Assembly (NCBI GenBank): GCA_963809385.1
Contig: CAWEJL010000007.1
Location: forward strand, 195,305 to 259,304
Direction of reading: 5' to 3'
Source: an uncultured Chloroflexia bacterium
Lineage (GTDB): Bacteria > Chloroflexota > Ktedonobacteria > Ktedonobacterales > JADMIN01
Length of the DNA stretch: 64,000 nt
Under the pieces are notes generated by a model. It was not told the origin of the DNA and ran no database searches. It saw nothing but the letters and a program-made list of their open reading frames with translations. Of this stretch, positions 28,001-38,073 are shown in pieces; within the stretch, counting starts at the first letter, position 1, and the number at the start of each line of letters is the position of its first letter. Made by a program: the position numbers and the translations under genes.

Positions 28001-29535
28001 ATGGCCGCGCGTGACTCATGGCTGCGCAAATCAGGCTTCGTGATTGGGGCGAGCGCGATGACGCTTGTGCTGCTTGCCAGCTCCCTTGTCACGATCCTCT
28101 ACCTGAATGTCGCGCTGCGCCAGCATCAACAAGCTAATACGACGCTTGCCACACTCATGACCGTGGATGATTTCCGCGCCTCAGTGACTGAGGCGGAAGC
28201 AGGGGTGGATGACTACGTCATGTCGGGTGGCGTAACGGGTCAACCCCTCTATCAGGATGCGCGGGCGCGCGTCGTCGCGGACGCGCGGCAACTCACGGCC
28301 ACCCAGGGAACCAGCGCGAGTCTCAAACTGGATGTTGCGCAGGTCCAGCGACTGACGCCCGTGTACCTGACCAATTTGCAGGATGCCATAGCGCTGAGCC
28401 AAGCTGGGCAAACAGGGGAAGCGATGCGGCTAATAAGCACAGGAGTCGTGGCGCAAGAGGTTCATGTCGCTGCGCGACGCCATTGCGCGGATTCAGACCG
28501 CTGAGAACAACTTGTTGCGCCTCCAGAGTCACCAGCGTCGAGGATGCGCAACGGCTCGTCACCAGCGTCGTCATCATCTCCTCGCTGCTGGATATTGGCT
28601 CGTTCATCGCGATTGTGCTCGTGCTCAGGCGCACGTCAATGCTGCGGGAGCAGTTCGCCGAAGAGCGCGCTCGCGCTGAGGAGCGCGCCCGCGTCATGGC
28701 GCTGGAGGAAACCAACCGCCGGATGAAGGATTTTCTGGGCGTCGCCAGCCACGAGATCAGGACGCCGCTCACGTCCCTCAAGATCGGCTTGCAGCTCTCC
28801 GCGCGCGAGGTCCGGCGGGCCGCGGAGGAGGCCCGTCAGCGTGGCGATAGCGCCGCCGCGAGCCTGGCGGCGGTGACGCCACTGCTGGAGCGCGCGCTCG
28901 CCTCGACGGGCCAGCTCGAACGGCTGGCGGCGGACCTCGTGGACGCCACGCGCATCGAAGCGAGCGCGCTGAGTCTGCGCCCAGCCGTCGTTGACCTCGA
29001 TCCGCTCATCGCGGACTGTATCGAGGAGCAGCGTCTCTACCATCCAGGACGGCCCATCACCCTGTCCATACCGGACAGCGCGGTCATCGTCATGGCGGAT
29101 GCCGATCGCATCCGGCAGGTCGTCACCAATTATCTGACCAACGCCCTCAAGTTCTCGGAGGAGGCGCGTCCCGTCGAGATCACGCTGAGCGCGGACGCCC
29201 AGGAGGCGGAGGTCCGTGTGCGAGATGAGGGACCGGGAATCCCCGCGGAGGATCTGAGCCACGTTTGGGACCAGTTCTACCGCGCGCCGAGCATCGGACA
29301 TAAGAGCGGATCAAGTATAGGGTTCGGCCTGGGATTGTATATCTGCAAGAGCATCATTGAGCAGCATGGTGGCGCGGTCGGCGTTGAGAGCGTGGTGGGG
29401 CAAGGGTCCACGTTCTGGTTCACACTGCCGCTCGTCACCGCGCCTGAAGCCCAGCCTGCGTCTCCAGCCGGGCCAGGCGGCATGAGCCTGGATGTGGCTC
29501 ATCCGCACAACGCTCCGGCTGATGGGGCGGAATGA
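28001..29535 (+). pseudogene. CHASE3-domain sensor histidine kinase, two frameshifts as sequenced
   Basis: TM helix plus CHASE3-like N-terminus is in frame 2. LRDAIARIQTAENNLLRLQ is in frame 3 (28464 onward). The second TM helix, HisKA (FLGVASHEIRTPLTSL) and HATPase_c (DEGPGIP, GFGLGLYICK) are in frame 1 (from about 28530). Confidence 0.8.
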
Positions 29536-29569
29536 CACTCGCCCATCCGGCGGCCTTCTCCTGCCACAC

Positions 29570-30808
29570 TCAGCGCACCTCGAATAGCGCTTCCCGCTCG
29601 CTCGGCGTGCGATACTCCGTCCCCGCCCGGATGAGCTCGACCACCTTCTTGCGCCCCTTCGGGCTGCCGAGGAACACCGCGCCCACGAGCGTGTTTCCCC
29701 GGAAGAAGAAGCGGCGGTAGTCGGTTCCACCGCGCTCGCCGGGCGTCGCTCGCTGGAGCGCCTCGATGGCGGGGTCGGTGACCTCGAAGAGGCCTATCGC
29801 GACGATGTTGGTGTCGAAGATCGGGCTGCTGCGGGTCGGCACATCGAGATAGGCCTCGCGCCCGCCGGCCATGTTGGTGGCGGCGACCTTCCCGTGCGAG
29901 AGCGCGTTGTCCCAGGTACCCAGCGTGCGATGGGCGCCGAGGATTGGATCGTAGAACTCGGCGACATCGCCCGCCGCGAAGACGCCCGGTACATTCGTCT
30001 CCAGGTACTCGTCCGTGATGACGCCCTTGCCGCGCGCGACCGGGGTCTCGCTCAGGAAGGCGTGATTCATCGTCAGCCCGACGCCCAGGCCGATCAGGTC
30101 GCCCGCGTACTCGCGCCCGCTCGTCCCAATCACGCCGCGCGGCGCGCCGTCGCGCGCGATGACCTCGCGCACCTCCTCGCCATGCGCCACCTCAATGTCG
30201 TGGCGCGCGACGATCTCATCCACCAGCCGTCCGCCCTCCGCGTCCAGCGTGCGGCGCAGCCAGAACGGGCCGCGCATCAGCCAGGTGACGTGGATGCCGC
30301 GCTTGCTTAGCCCCTCGGTCAGGTCATACGCCATGTAGCTGCCGCCGGTGGTGACCGCCGTCTTGCTCTCCAGCACGCGCGCGATGATCTGCTTCGTGTC
30401 ATCCAGCGTCATGAAGGTGTAGATATGCGGCGTCCCCTCCACGCCCGGCGCGTCCAGGCGGTTTGGCCAGCCGCCGCTCGCCACCAGCAGCGCGTCATAC
30501 GCCAGCGGGCCGCCGTGGTCCAGATACACGACCTTGTCGCGCGTGTCCACATGCGTCACAAAGGTTTCGCGCAGGAGTGTGATGCGCTGGCTCTCATGCC
30601 AGGCGAGATCGCGCATCATCACCTTCTGCTCCGGCAGAACGCCATCGAGCAACCGCTTCAGTGAGACGCGGTTGTAGAGCGGATACGGCTCGTTGGTGAT
30701 GAGCCATATCTCGCACGAGAGATCGCTCTTCCGCAGCTCTTGCGCGCAGGTCGTGCCCGCGATGCCATTGCCGATGATGACGTAGCGCTTACCCATGTGC
30801 GCGGTCAC
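29570..30808 (-). CDS. FAD-dependent pyridine nucleotide-disulfide oxidoreductase
   Basis: Contains YVIIGNGIAGTTCAQEL (GxGxxG) and GVFAAGDVAEF. The start is ambiguous: GTG 30808, ATG 30796 or GTG 30817. Confidence 0.75.
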   Translation of the reverse strand: MTAHMGKRYVIIGNGIAGTTCAQELRKSDLSCEIWLITNEPYPLYNRVSLKRLLDGVLPEQKVMMRDLAWHESQRITLLRETFVTHVDTRDKVVYLDHGGPLAYDALLVASGGWPNRLDAPGVEGTPHIYTFMTLDDTKQIIARVLESKTAVTTGGSYMAYDLTEGLSKRGIHVTWLMRGPFWLRRTLDAEGGRLVDEIVARHDIEVAHGEEVREVIARDGAPRGVIGTSGREYAGDLIGLGVGLTMNHAFLSETPVARGKGVITDEYLETNVPGVFAAGDVAEFYDPILGAHRTLGTWDNALSHGKVAATNMAGGREAYLDVPTRSSPIFDTNIVAIGLFEVTDPAIEALQRATPGERGGTDYRRFFFRGNTLVGAVFLGSPKGRKKVVELIRAGTEYRTPSEREALFEVR

Positions 30809-31278
30809 AAATATCACCTCTCCCGTTCGTTGTGGCGTTACTTCCCCAGGCGATCCCTGCCCTACGCAGCCTGACGCCGCGCGTCTGATGGCGCGCGGCG
30901 TTTGTGGGCGCGCGCTCCATGCGCAAGGGCCCTCGGCGAGTGTAGCCTTCCTGGCTTTCCGCCGCGCTCACAGTCCGCTCACAGAACGCTTGTGGCGCCT
31001 CGCGTCCGCGAGATGGCTGTGAGATCCGTTCGTGAGGGGCGTACATAGAGGAGAGCGCGGCCTTGGAGGGCATACCAGACGCCACAGCGGCGTCACAAAG
31101 CGATCACAGCGCGTGCTCGACGCGGACTGCGACATGCGCCGTGCGGCCACGTATAGTAATCCTGAAACGCGCGCGGGACATCACAGCGCGGCGCCGATAT
31201 TCAAGGGAATGCGGCCCTGGTCGCTGGCGCGCTCCTTATCTACCGCTCACAATCATGTATAAGAAAGCTGGCGTGGCG

Positions 31279-32266
31279 ATGTCTTCTGAGACGCGGGGGC
31301 CGGTGGGCGTCCTGCTGATGGCCTATGGCTCACCCAACAGCCTCGACGAGGTGTTGCCCTACTATACCGATGTGCGCGGCGGGCATGCCCCGTCGGCTGA
31401 GCAGCTCGCGGTCGTCTACGATCACTATGCCCGTATCGGCGGCCCCACCGGACTGCTGGCGATTTCCGAGGCGCAGGCCGCCGCGCTCCAGGCGCGCCTG
31501 GACGCCGCCGCGCCCGGCGCCTACCGCGTGTACCTCGGCATGCGCCACTGGCGCCCGTTCATCGCGGACACCGTCCGCCAGATGGCGGCGGATGGCGTCC
31601 GTGATGCGGTAGCGATCGCGCTGGCCCCCCAGGATTCGCGCATCAGCGTCGGCGGCTACATCGCCAGCGTCGAAAAGGCGCTCGATGCGCTGGCGCAAGA
31701 GGCGGGCGCGGAAACAGCCGACAGGCGAGACGCCCGCCCCGGCGATCCGCTTCACCTTCGTGCGCTCCTGGCATGCTGAGCCGCACTTTCTCCAGCTGCT
31801 CGCGGAGCGTGTGGTCGTGACGCGTGAGCGCGCCTTCTCGCCGGCGGAGCACGACGTGGTCCACGTCATCTTCTCCGCGCACAGCCTGCCAGAGCGCATC
31901 CTGACCTGGAACGATCCCTACCCCGCCGAGCTGCGCGCGACGGTGGCGGGCGTCACCCAGCGGCTGGGGCTGGATGAGACGCGGTGGACCTTCGCCTACC
32001 AGAGCGCGGGCCGCACGCCGGAGCCGTGGCTGGGGCCGTCCATTCAGGAGGTCATCCCGCAATTGGCGGCGCGCGGCGTCTCGGCGGCGCTCGTCTGCCC
32101 AGTCGGGTTCGTCGCGGACAATCTGGAGATTCTCTATGACATCGATATCGAGCTGCACGATCTGGCGGCGCGGCAGGGCTTCCATCTGGAGCGCATCGCC
32201 ATGCCCAACGCCGCGCCGCTGCTGATCGAGGCGCTCGCCAGCGTTGTCCAACATGCCGCGCTGTGA
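31279..32266 (+). pseudogene. hemH: ferrochelatase, one frameshift as sequenced
   Basis: The N-terminal half (VGVLLMAYGSP...MRHWRPFI) is in frame 1. The C-terminal half (IRFTFVRSWH...FSAHSLP...VCPVGFVADNLEILYDID) is in frame 2. The junction is at about 31700-31745, near a CGCCCGCCCCGG run. Confidence 0.85.
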
Positions 32267-32406
32267 CGGCGCTGTGCGGGTGGCCGCCGGGAGGGCGATG
32301 TCTTCGTGACGCCCTTGGCGTAGGGTGAGGATTGGGATGGCTACCAGCGTTGCGGAGGCCCGATACTTCCACAACGCGTCCAGCGACGGGGAAAGAGAGG
32401 ATCGCC

Positions 32407-32715
32407 ATGGCCAAGCAGGGGCAGCACAGACACGACAAGCATGACCACCGGCTCATGCCTCAGGCGGGACGGACCAATCCCGAGAAGAGCACGCCCATCA
32501 CGACGGGTCCCACCAAGAAGCAAAAACGCTACGCCAAGCAGGCCGCCGAGCATAAAGATACCGCGCGTCAGGCGCAGAACGCGCACGCGTATTGGGATCC
32601 CGATACGACACACTACATCACCCACGAGGCCGACTCGCAGGCGCGAACATTCAATGATCGGGAGAAGCGCAGCGGCAGCGACTCGAATACCAACTCAGGG
32701 ACGCGCGGCTACTAA
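32407..32715 (+). CDS. hypothetical hydrophilic basic protein
   Basis: ATG follows GAAAGAGAGG. 102 aa, His/Lys/Thr-rich, no known motif. Confidence 0.45.
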   Translation: MAKQGQHRHDKHDHRLMPQAGRTNPEKSTPITTGPTKKQKRYAKQAAEHKDTARQAQNAHAYWDPDTTHYITHEADSQARTFNDREKRSGSDSNTNSGTRGY

Positions 32716-32959
32716 CGCCCCCATCCGACGCCGGGCGTCAGCCTTATCGCGCTGATGCCCGGCCAGTTGTTCCTGTTGGCTGGGCGGCGTCATCACCGCT
32801 GGCCTTTTGATGTTCGCTTCGATGGACGCCTGGGACATGAAGGCGCGCATGCAGAAGGCGGCGGCTACCCGGCGGCGCAAGGTTGCTGAGGCTGATGAGG
32901 TGGAGCGGCAGCGCAAGCTGAAGTACACGCCGAAAGCCTACCGCCAGGCATAAGAAAAG

Positions 32960-32992
32960 GTCCCCGCTCTACAGGGCGGGGACGTGTATTTG
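32960..32992. terminator. bidirectional intrinsic terminator
   Basis: Perfect 8-bp stem GTCCCCGC / GCGGGGAC (32960-32983). It is flanked by GTGTATTTG on the plus strand and CTTTTCTT on the minus strand. It sits between convergent transcription units. Confidence 0.6.
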
Positions 32993-33159
32993 TCCTATGA
33001 CACCTAGCCAGACCTGGCGCTAGCTGAGAGGCGCGGGCCACGGCGAGACGCAAGTCGAGCCGCCGTAGCTCTATAGATGTCCTCTCGAAAGAGTGAAACC
33101 TCGGCTGGATGGGCTAGAAGAATGCTGCCAGAGAGTACACCACACGCATCTGAAGCGCT

Positions 33160-34203
33160 TTAGCCTTCAACGAGCGGAAGCTCAAGCTCCTCAGTTACCA
33201 TGCCCATGATGACCTCACACTGCTCGCGAGTTTCAACAAACGCACGCACGCACGCCGTACGCCTCTGAGTGATGTGTGACGCGGACTTGAAGGCGTCCCA
33301 GCGGCGCGCAAGTTGCTGTCGCTCGCTCCATTGGCGCTCCGGGTCGCGACTGCGGCGCTTGTCCACCTCCTCCCAGGCGAGGTAATCGCGCCAGAGGTCA
33401 CGCCCCTCTCCTTGAGTGAGTTCCTTACGTAAGGCTTGTTGAAATTGCGGGAGACGCTCATGTTGCTTGAGCAGCTTGCTGAGCGCAGCGTCAATGTCTC
33501 GCTTCGGCACAAAGGAGTGGCGCAGTTGGTGGACATCATCAGCCTCGCGTCTCGCTAGCAAGTCAGGGACTGCGCGTGAAGCAAGAACGTCATCATACCA
33601 GATGTCTAGTCCCGCAGCCTGGCTGATGACATGTTCGCTCTCATCCCCTAGCTGCACATGGTAGAGGAAGTTGCTTAGCGCATCACGGTCGTGTTCGACA
33701 TCTCGCAGCAAACCTTGCAGGACCAGTCTCCGGTTAAACTCATCAGGAGCGGATTGGCGAGGCAACGCGCCAGGTTCTGATGGAACCCGCGTACTCAAGC
33801 CAAGGGCACGCAGGAGACCGTCACGAGCAGGCTCGTAGGCGCGGGTAGCGTCGTAGCGTTGGAGCGGACCCCAGAGCACGGGAATCTCTTCGTTGCGGGT
33901 GGCCGCCATCACAATCGGGATGACACCCAGCATACGCCCCGCATTCACTTCATGGAGCGCGGTATTGACCTCATCCTTGACCCATTTCGAGGCGACCGAC
34001 GCTGGCGTCATCACCAGCACGAGCCATTGGCGGCCCTCCAGCCCCTCGCTGATCTTCTGAACGAAGTTGTTTGAGGTAATAGCCCGACTATCCACCCAAA
34101 CATCTGCGCCTGCCGCTTCCAGGTCAGCTACCAGGCGAGTGGTGAAAGCGTCCTCTTCCAGGCTGTGGTGATGTGAGACGAATACCCGAACCTGGTCTGC
34201 CAT
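33160..34203 (-). CDS. TIR domain-containing protein with uncharacterised about 210-aa C-terminal domain
   Basis: The N-terminus reads VRVFVSHHHS...GADVWVD...WLVLVMTPASVASKWVKDEVNTAL, with TIR beta-A, BB-loop-like and SxW..E motifs. GC is lower than in the flanks. Confidence 0.75.
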   Translation of the reverse strand: MADQVRVFVSHHHSLEEDAFTTRLVADLEAAGADVWVDSRAITSNNFVQKISEGLEGRQWLVLVMTPASVASKWVKDEVNTALHEVNAGRMLGVIPIVMAATRNEEIPVLWGPLQRYDATRAYEPARDGLLRALGLSTRVPSEPGALPRQSAPDEFNRRLVLQGLLRDVEHDRDALSNFLYHVQLGDESEHVISQAAGLDIWYDDVLASRAVPDLLARREADDVHQLRHSFVPKRDIDAALSKLLKQHERLPQFQQALRKELTQGEGRDLWRDYLAWEEVDKRRSRDPERQWSERQQLARRWDAFKSASHITQRRTACVRAFVETREQCEVIMGMVTEELELPLVEG

Positions 34204-34388
34204 CTGCCAGCCCTCTCAACATGTCGTCCCTGTCTACCTGGCTCTGATTGTACACCAGACACACATAGCTTGCTGCGCTATCCAAATGCTGCCATACTGC
34301 GAGAAAATGCTGAACGGCAAGAAGGTAGACTTGCACATATCGCAGGCATCAACATCACGTTCAAGCAAGCCCCGAAGGCCAAGGCTAC

Positions 34389-34444
34389 GGCGAATGTGCC
34401 GGGGCAGTTGCCGCTGTTAGATGAATAGACAGGAAGCGAGATAG
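34389..34444 (+). promoter_or_regulatory. conserved leader module, copy 1 (upstream of the DUF4177-like gene)
   Basis: GGCGAATGTGCCGGGGCAGTTGCCGCTGTTAGATGAATAGACAGGAAGCGAGATAG is homologous to 34684-34742. Confidence 0.45.
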
Positions 34445-34654
34445 GTGGCAGACCAGTGGGAATATGTGGTCGCGCAGGTTAAAGCTACGGACGCTGGGAA
34501 GCTCAGTGGGTTCCTCACCGTGCAGGGCATGAGCGGCTGGGAAGTTGTGAGCATCACGCCCATGAAGGAACGCCATTACATCCTAAGCCAGAGCCAACGA
34601 ACAATGAGCGAAGTCGAGGAAATCCTAGTGCTCTTCAAGCGCCGCAAGCCCTAG
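34445..34654 (+). CDS. DUF4177-like small protein
   Basis: GTG start. 69 aa: MADQWEYVVAQVKA...GMSGWEVVSITP...LVLFKRRKP, matching the DUF4177 pattern. Confidence 0.6.
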   Translation: MADQWEYVVAQVKATDAGKLSGFLTVQGMSGWEVVSITPMKERHYILSQSQRTMSEVEEILVLFKRRKP

Positions 34655-34683
34655 CTCATTGTCAGGTTCAAGAAAGCTTCAAA

Positions 34684-34742
34684 GGCGGACGTGCCAGGGC
34701 AGTTGTCGCTGATGGTCGACGAGTAGACAGGAGACAAGTCGG
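34684..34742 (+). promoter_or_regulatory. conserved leader module, copy 2 (upstream of the zinc-ribbon gene)
   Basis: GGCGGACGTGCCAGGGCAGTTGTCGCTGATGGTCGACGAGTAGACAGGAGACAAGTCGG aligns along its length with copy 1. Confidence 0.45.
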
Positions 34743-35162
34743 ATGGCAAAGCACTGTACGAACTGTGGGCATGAACTTCGGGACACGGACAAGTTCTGCG
34801 CGGAGTGTGGGACCTCTGTGGGAGGTGCTGTAATTCAGACACCGCCGACGCAGTACGAGTATTGCGAAATAACCTTTGGGGACATTCGTGAGGGCTTGTT
34901 CGCTTCGGGGCGCTTTCGGGCTGAAGCGAGTGGACCCTATGGCAGGCGAACTGTGGCGGAAACGGAAAGGTGCAAAGGGGTATCCTATCAGGAGGGGTTG
35001 CAGATATTTACCGGGCCATCCGATCGTTGTGCGGACATGCTCAATGCATTTATGAGGTCACTAAGTGCAGACGGCTGGGTCATGCAGCCCGCCACTGGGC
35101 AATTCTGGTGGCAACACAGGTATCAACGCCCAGTGAAGGTAGACCCCGGTCGCTTATCATAA
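34743..35162 (+). CDS. zinc-ribbon protein with DUF4177-like C-terminal module
   Basis: CTNCGHELRDTDKFCAECG is followed by QYEYCEI...SADGWVMQP...WWQHRYQRP. Confidence 0.55.
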   Translation: MAKHCTNCGHELRDTDKFCAECGTSVGGAVIQTPPTQYEYCEITFGDIREGLFASGRFRAEASGPYGRRTVAETERCKGVSYQEGLQIFTGPSDRCADMLNAFMRSLSADGWVMQPATGQFWWQHRYQRPVKVDPGRLS

Positions 35163-35368
35163 GCTTCGCTCCCGCCAACGCCACAGAACGCTCAGGATTA
35201 CCTCCTCTTTGTTCTACAGCAAAGCGCAGAAAGGTGAAGCAGATAGCCAGTGATCAGGCTCGGTCCAGCGGAGCATCCACCGCAGCCCGCCTGTTCAACC
35301 TTTTGCAGATTTGCTCTAGGCAGGAGGAAAGAGTCGCGCGAGGCTGAAAGAGAAGAAAACAACTGGAG

Positions 35369-35391
35369 AAGCGCCGCAAGCCCTAGCTCAT
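35369..35391 (+). repeat. orphan copy of the DUF4177-like gene's 3' end
   Basis: AAGCGCCGCAAGCCCTAGCTCAT is identical to 34637-34659 (codons KRRKP-stop). No intact ORF lies upstream of it. Confidence 0.7.
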
Positions 35392-35538
35392 CGTTCTTTA
35401 CGCAAAGGCCCCTACCCGCTTTGGGTGGGGGATTTAGACCGTTTGTGCGAAAATGCTTGCCGGGAGCAAAGGTGTAAGCGTTTTGAGCAACGGTTTGAGC
35501 AGGTTGTCGGGAAGCCGAAATCCCGGAATATTTCAGGA

Positions 35539-35613
35539 TGGAGCCGATGGTCGGGCTCGAACCGACAACCTACGGTTTACAAAACCGTTGCTCTGCCATT
35601 GAGCTACATCGGC
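35539..35613 (-). tRNA. tRNA-Thr (anticodon UGU)
   Basis: Hand-folded cloverleaf: acceptor GCCGATG/CATCGGC, D-stem GCTC/GAGC, anticodon stem ACGGT/ACCGT with loop TTTGTAA, T-arm GTCGG-TTCGAGC-CCGAC, and an encoded CCA. Confidence 0.9.
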
Positions 35614-35714
35614 GTGGACGCTCTTGCGCGGCGTTGTGGGCGCGCCGCGAACGCCCGTAGTATAGCGTCGCGGCGCGCGTGGCGTCAAGGCGAACGCCGC
35701 CGGGCGGGCCGCTC

Positions 35715-36776
35715 TCAGGCTGTGGGCGTGATGCGCAGGAGTTCGCCGCTCTGGGGGTTGGCGAGCCAGACCGACCCGGCTCCCAGGGTGATGCCCGCGA
35801 CTCCAGGGGACGGAAACGCGCCCACATACTGGTCGGTTACCGGGTCAGCGCGATAAAGCCCGACCGAGGGATACCATGTCCAGACGCTGTGCGCGTCGGC
35901 GGCGAAATCGAATGTCTGGCTGGCAGGCGCCGTGATCAGGGTTACCACCTTGTTGGTCGCCGGATCAATGCGCTCCAGGATAGACCGGCCTGTCGCCGCG
36001 CTATCCAGCGCCACCCATACCGCGTTCGGCAGCGCGACGACCCCGCCGCACTCCAGGCCCTCCGCGTCTCCAACGTCAATCTGGGCGATGGGCTGGCGTG
36101 TCCGCGGATCCCAGCGAGTCAGGCCGTACTGACCACCCTGATAATTACAGACCCACACAGACCCCGCGCCATACGAGGCGCCGAAAGGGCCAGCGTAGGT
36201 CGGGAGCTTCGCGACAACCCTGTTCGTGCGTGGATCGATCACTGAGATGGCATTCGTGTCATAGTTCGTCACCCATACTGCCCCTGGGGCGACCGCTATG
36301 CCGTTGATTCTCGAGTTGGGAAAGTCAATGACACCGGCAACGGTGTTCGTCTGGGGATCAATGTGGAACACTTTCGCTGTCTGCGGTCCACCACTGGCCG
36401 CGCCCAGCGAGGTACCACTCACCCAAACTGCGTTATCCCCCAGCGCGATCAGTCCAAAGTCGGACTTGCCAACAGCGACCCGCGCGACGACCGTGTTTGT
36501 CTGCGGGTCAATGCGCAGCGCCACACCCAAAGGAGCCTCATAGACCCACACCGCGCTATCGCTTGCCGCCATGCCGTAGAAGGGAGTCAGCCCGCCAGAT
36601 GGCGTGTTGACCTTCGTGATCGGCACGGTAGCCCTGACAACGCCAATCTGTCGGGATTGGGGCGTCACGGTAGCGACGGCGGTCGCCGTCGCCTGTGCGC
36701 ATCCCGCAACCACCATCGCCAGCCCGCACAGCAGCGGCGCGATCAATTGCCCGCTTCTCGCCATCTGATGACGCAT
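35715..36776 (-). CDS. lipoprotein with YVTN/YncE-like beta-propeller repeats
   Basis: Lipobox VVAGC is present. Repeated motifs include VWV.N...N..S.IDP.TN.VV. Confidence 0.65.
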   Translation of the reverse strand: MRHQMARSGQLIAPLLCGLAMVVAGCAQATATAVATVTPQSRQIGVVRATVPITKVNTPSGGLTPFYGMAASDSAVWVYEAPLGVALRIDPQTNTVVARVAVGKSDFGLIALGDNAVWVSGTSLGAASGGPQTAKVFHIDPQTNTVAGVIDFPNSRINGIAVAPGAVWVTNYDTNAISVIDPRTNRVVAKLPTYAGPFGASYGAGSVWVCNYQGGQYGLTRWDPRTRQPIAQIDVGDAEGLECGGVVALPNAVWVALDSAATGRSILERIDPATNKVVTLITAPASQTFDFAADAHSVWTWYPSVGLYRADPVTDQYVGAFPSPGVAGITLGAGSVWLANPQSGELLRITPTA

Positions 36777-36992
36777 CGCTCCACTCCTTGACTCACGGCC
36801 TTGCCACGTTGTTCCAAATCATGGCGTTTCGTTCAGTCAGCGAGCCCGGCAAGCGAGTCTGGCACGTTGGAGCGCGTTTCACGGGCCTCGCTTGTTTCAA
36901 GTGTACACGCAGGTGATGCGATGCGCTACCCCAGCGCGTTGGGGTAGCGCCTGTCTGGCGATGCCGTTAGAGGCGCGCCCGCGAATGGCCGC

Positions 36993-37874
36993 TTACCCCG
37001 CCCGCGTGAAGGCCGACACTACACAGGCCGCCGTCACCGCCAGCCGACCGCCCGGCGCGGCTGCCGCCACCGCGCGCGCCGCTTCGCGAGGCGCGTCCTC
37101 TCCGGTAGCGCGGTGCGGCGTCATCTCCGCCAGATCGGCCAGCGCCTCGCCGTCCAGCGCCAGCGGGAAGGTCACGGCGCGCTCGCTGGCCAGGCTGAAC
37201 GCGGGGGCCAGCGCGTCGCGCAGCCGGGCGGACTTCTCCGGCTCTGGCGCCAGCAGCGACGGCAGCGCCGCCCGCGCCTCCGCCAGATGCTCTGGCGCGG
37301 GCGTCACCACCAGCAGCAGCCCGCCCGGCGCCACGGTCCGCGCCAGCTCCGGCGGGTTGCGCGGCGCGAAGATCACCAGCGCGGCGCCGATACCCGCGTC
37401 CGCAAAGGGCAGTTGGTCCCACGTATTGGCGACGAACAGCGACGCGCCCGCGCCGGGATAGCGCCTGCCCGCCGCCATGCGGACCGCGTCGCGCGCCAGG
37501 TCGAAGCCGTAGAGCCGCCAGCCGCCCGCGCGCACGTCATCCTCCAGCGCGCTTGCGAGATGGCTGAGGTAGTAGCCCTCGCCGCAGCCGCAATCCACCA
37601 GCGCCCGCGCCGCCAGCGGCAGCCGCGCGCCCGGCCCGCGCAGCCACGCGCCCACCTCCTCCGCCAGCGCCTCCGCCAGCGGCGCATACCACCCGGCGTC
37701 GAGGAAACGCCGACGCGCGCGCAGCATCTCCGCGCTATCGCCATGCGCGCGCGTCGGGCGCAGCAGGTTGACGTAGCCTTGCCGCGCGCGGTCGAAGCTA
37801 TGCCCGCGCGCGCAGACCCAGTCGCGCTCACCGGGCATCAGCGGCTCCCCGCAGTGCGGACAGCGCAGGTCCAT
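36993..37874 (-). CDS. rlmA: 23S rRNA (guanine-N1)-methyltransferase RlmA family
   Basis: N-terminal zinc motif MDLRCPHCGEPL...CARGHSFDRARQGYVNLL plus SAM-binding motif DCGCGEGYY. Confidence 0.75.
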   Translation of the reverse strand: MDLRCPHCGEPLMPGERDWVCARGHSFDRARQGYVNLLRPTRAHGDSAEMLRARRRFLDAGWYAPLAEALAEEVGAWLRGPGARLPLAARALVDCGCGEGYYLSHLASALEDDVRAGGWRLYGFDLARDAVRMAAGRRYPGAGASLFVANTWDQLPFADAGIGAALVIFAPRNPPELARTVAPGGLLLVVTPAPEHLAEARAALPSLLAPEPEKSARLRDALAPAFSLASERAVTFPLALDGEALADLAEMTPHRATGEDAPREAARAVAAAAPGGRLAVTAACVVSAFTRAG

Positions 37875-37989
37875 CGGCCCGCCCCTCTCGCGTTCCTCGT
37901 ATCCCAGGCCGAGGAGGCGGCCTTTGCGGCGGAAAGTCTCTTGCCGCAAGGTTCACCCACCTGGGATTCACCCGCCCAGACACGTCACA

Positions 37990-38027
37990 GGCGCGCTCCC
38001 CGATCCCCACAGGATCGAGCGCGCGCC
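37990..38027 (-). terminator. long GC hairpin downstream of rplI (possible terminator, no U-tract)
   Basis: Arms 37990-38006 and 38012-38027 are near-complementary. Confidence 0.3.
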
Positions 38028-38073
38028 CGTAACATGCTTTGGCTTTTGGCGGCTCGCCAGTCTGGCGGCCAGC

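Noticed and set aside
33056-33068. tRNA-like 5' fragment GCCGCCGTAGCTC as a possible att remnant of the TIR islet
   Set aside because: Only 13 nt long. It is in the wrong orientation and resembles the 5' rather than the 3' end of tRNA-Thr. No D-loop or further tRNA structure follows.
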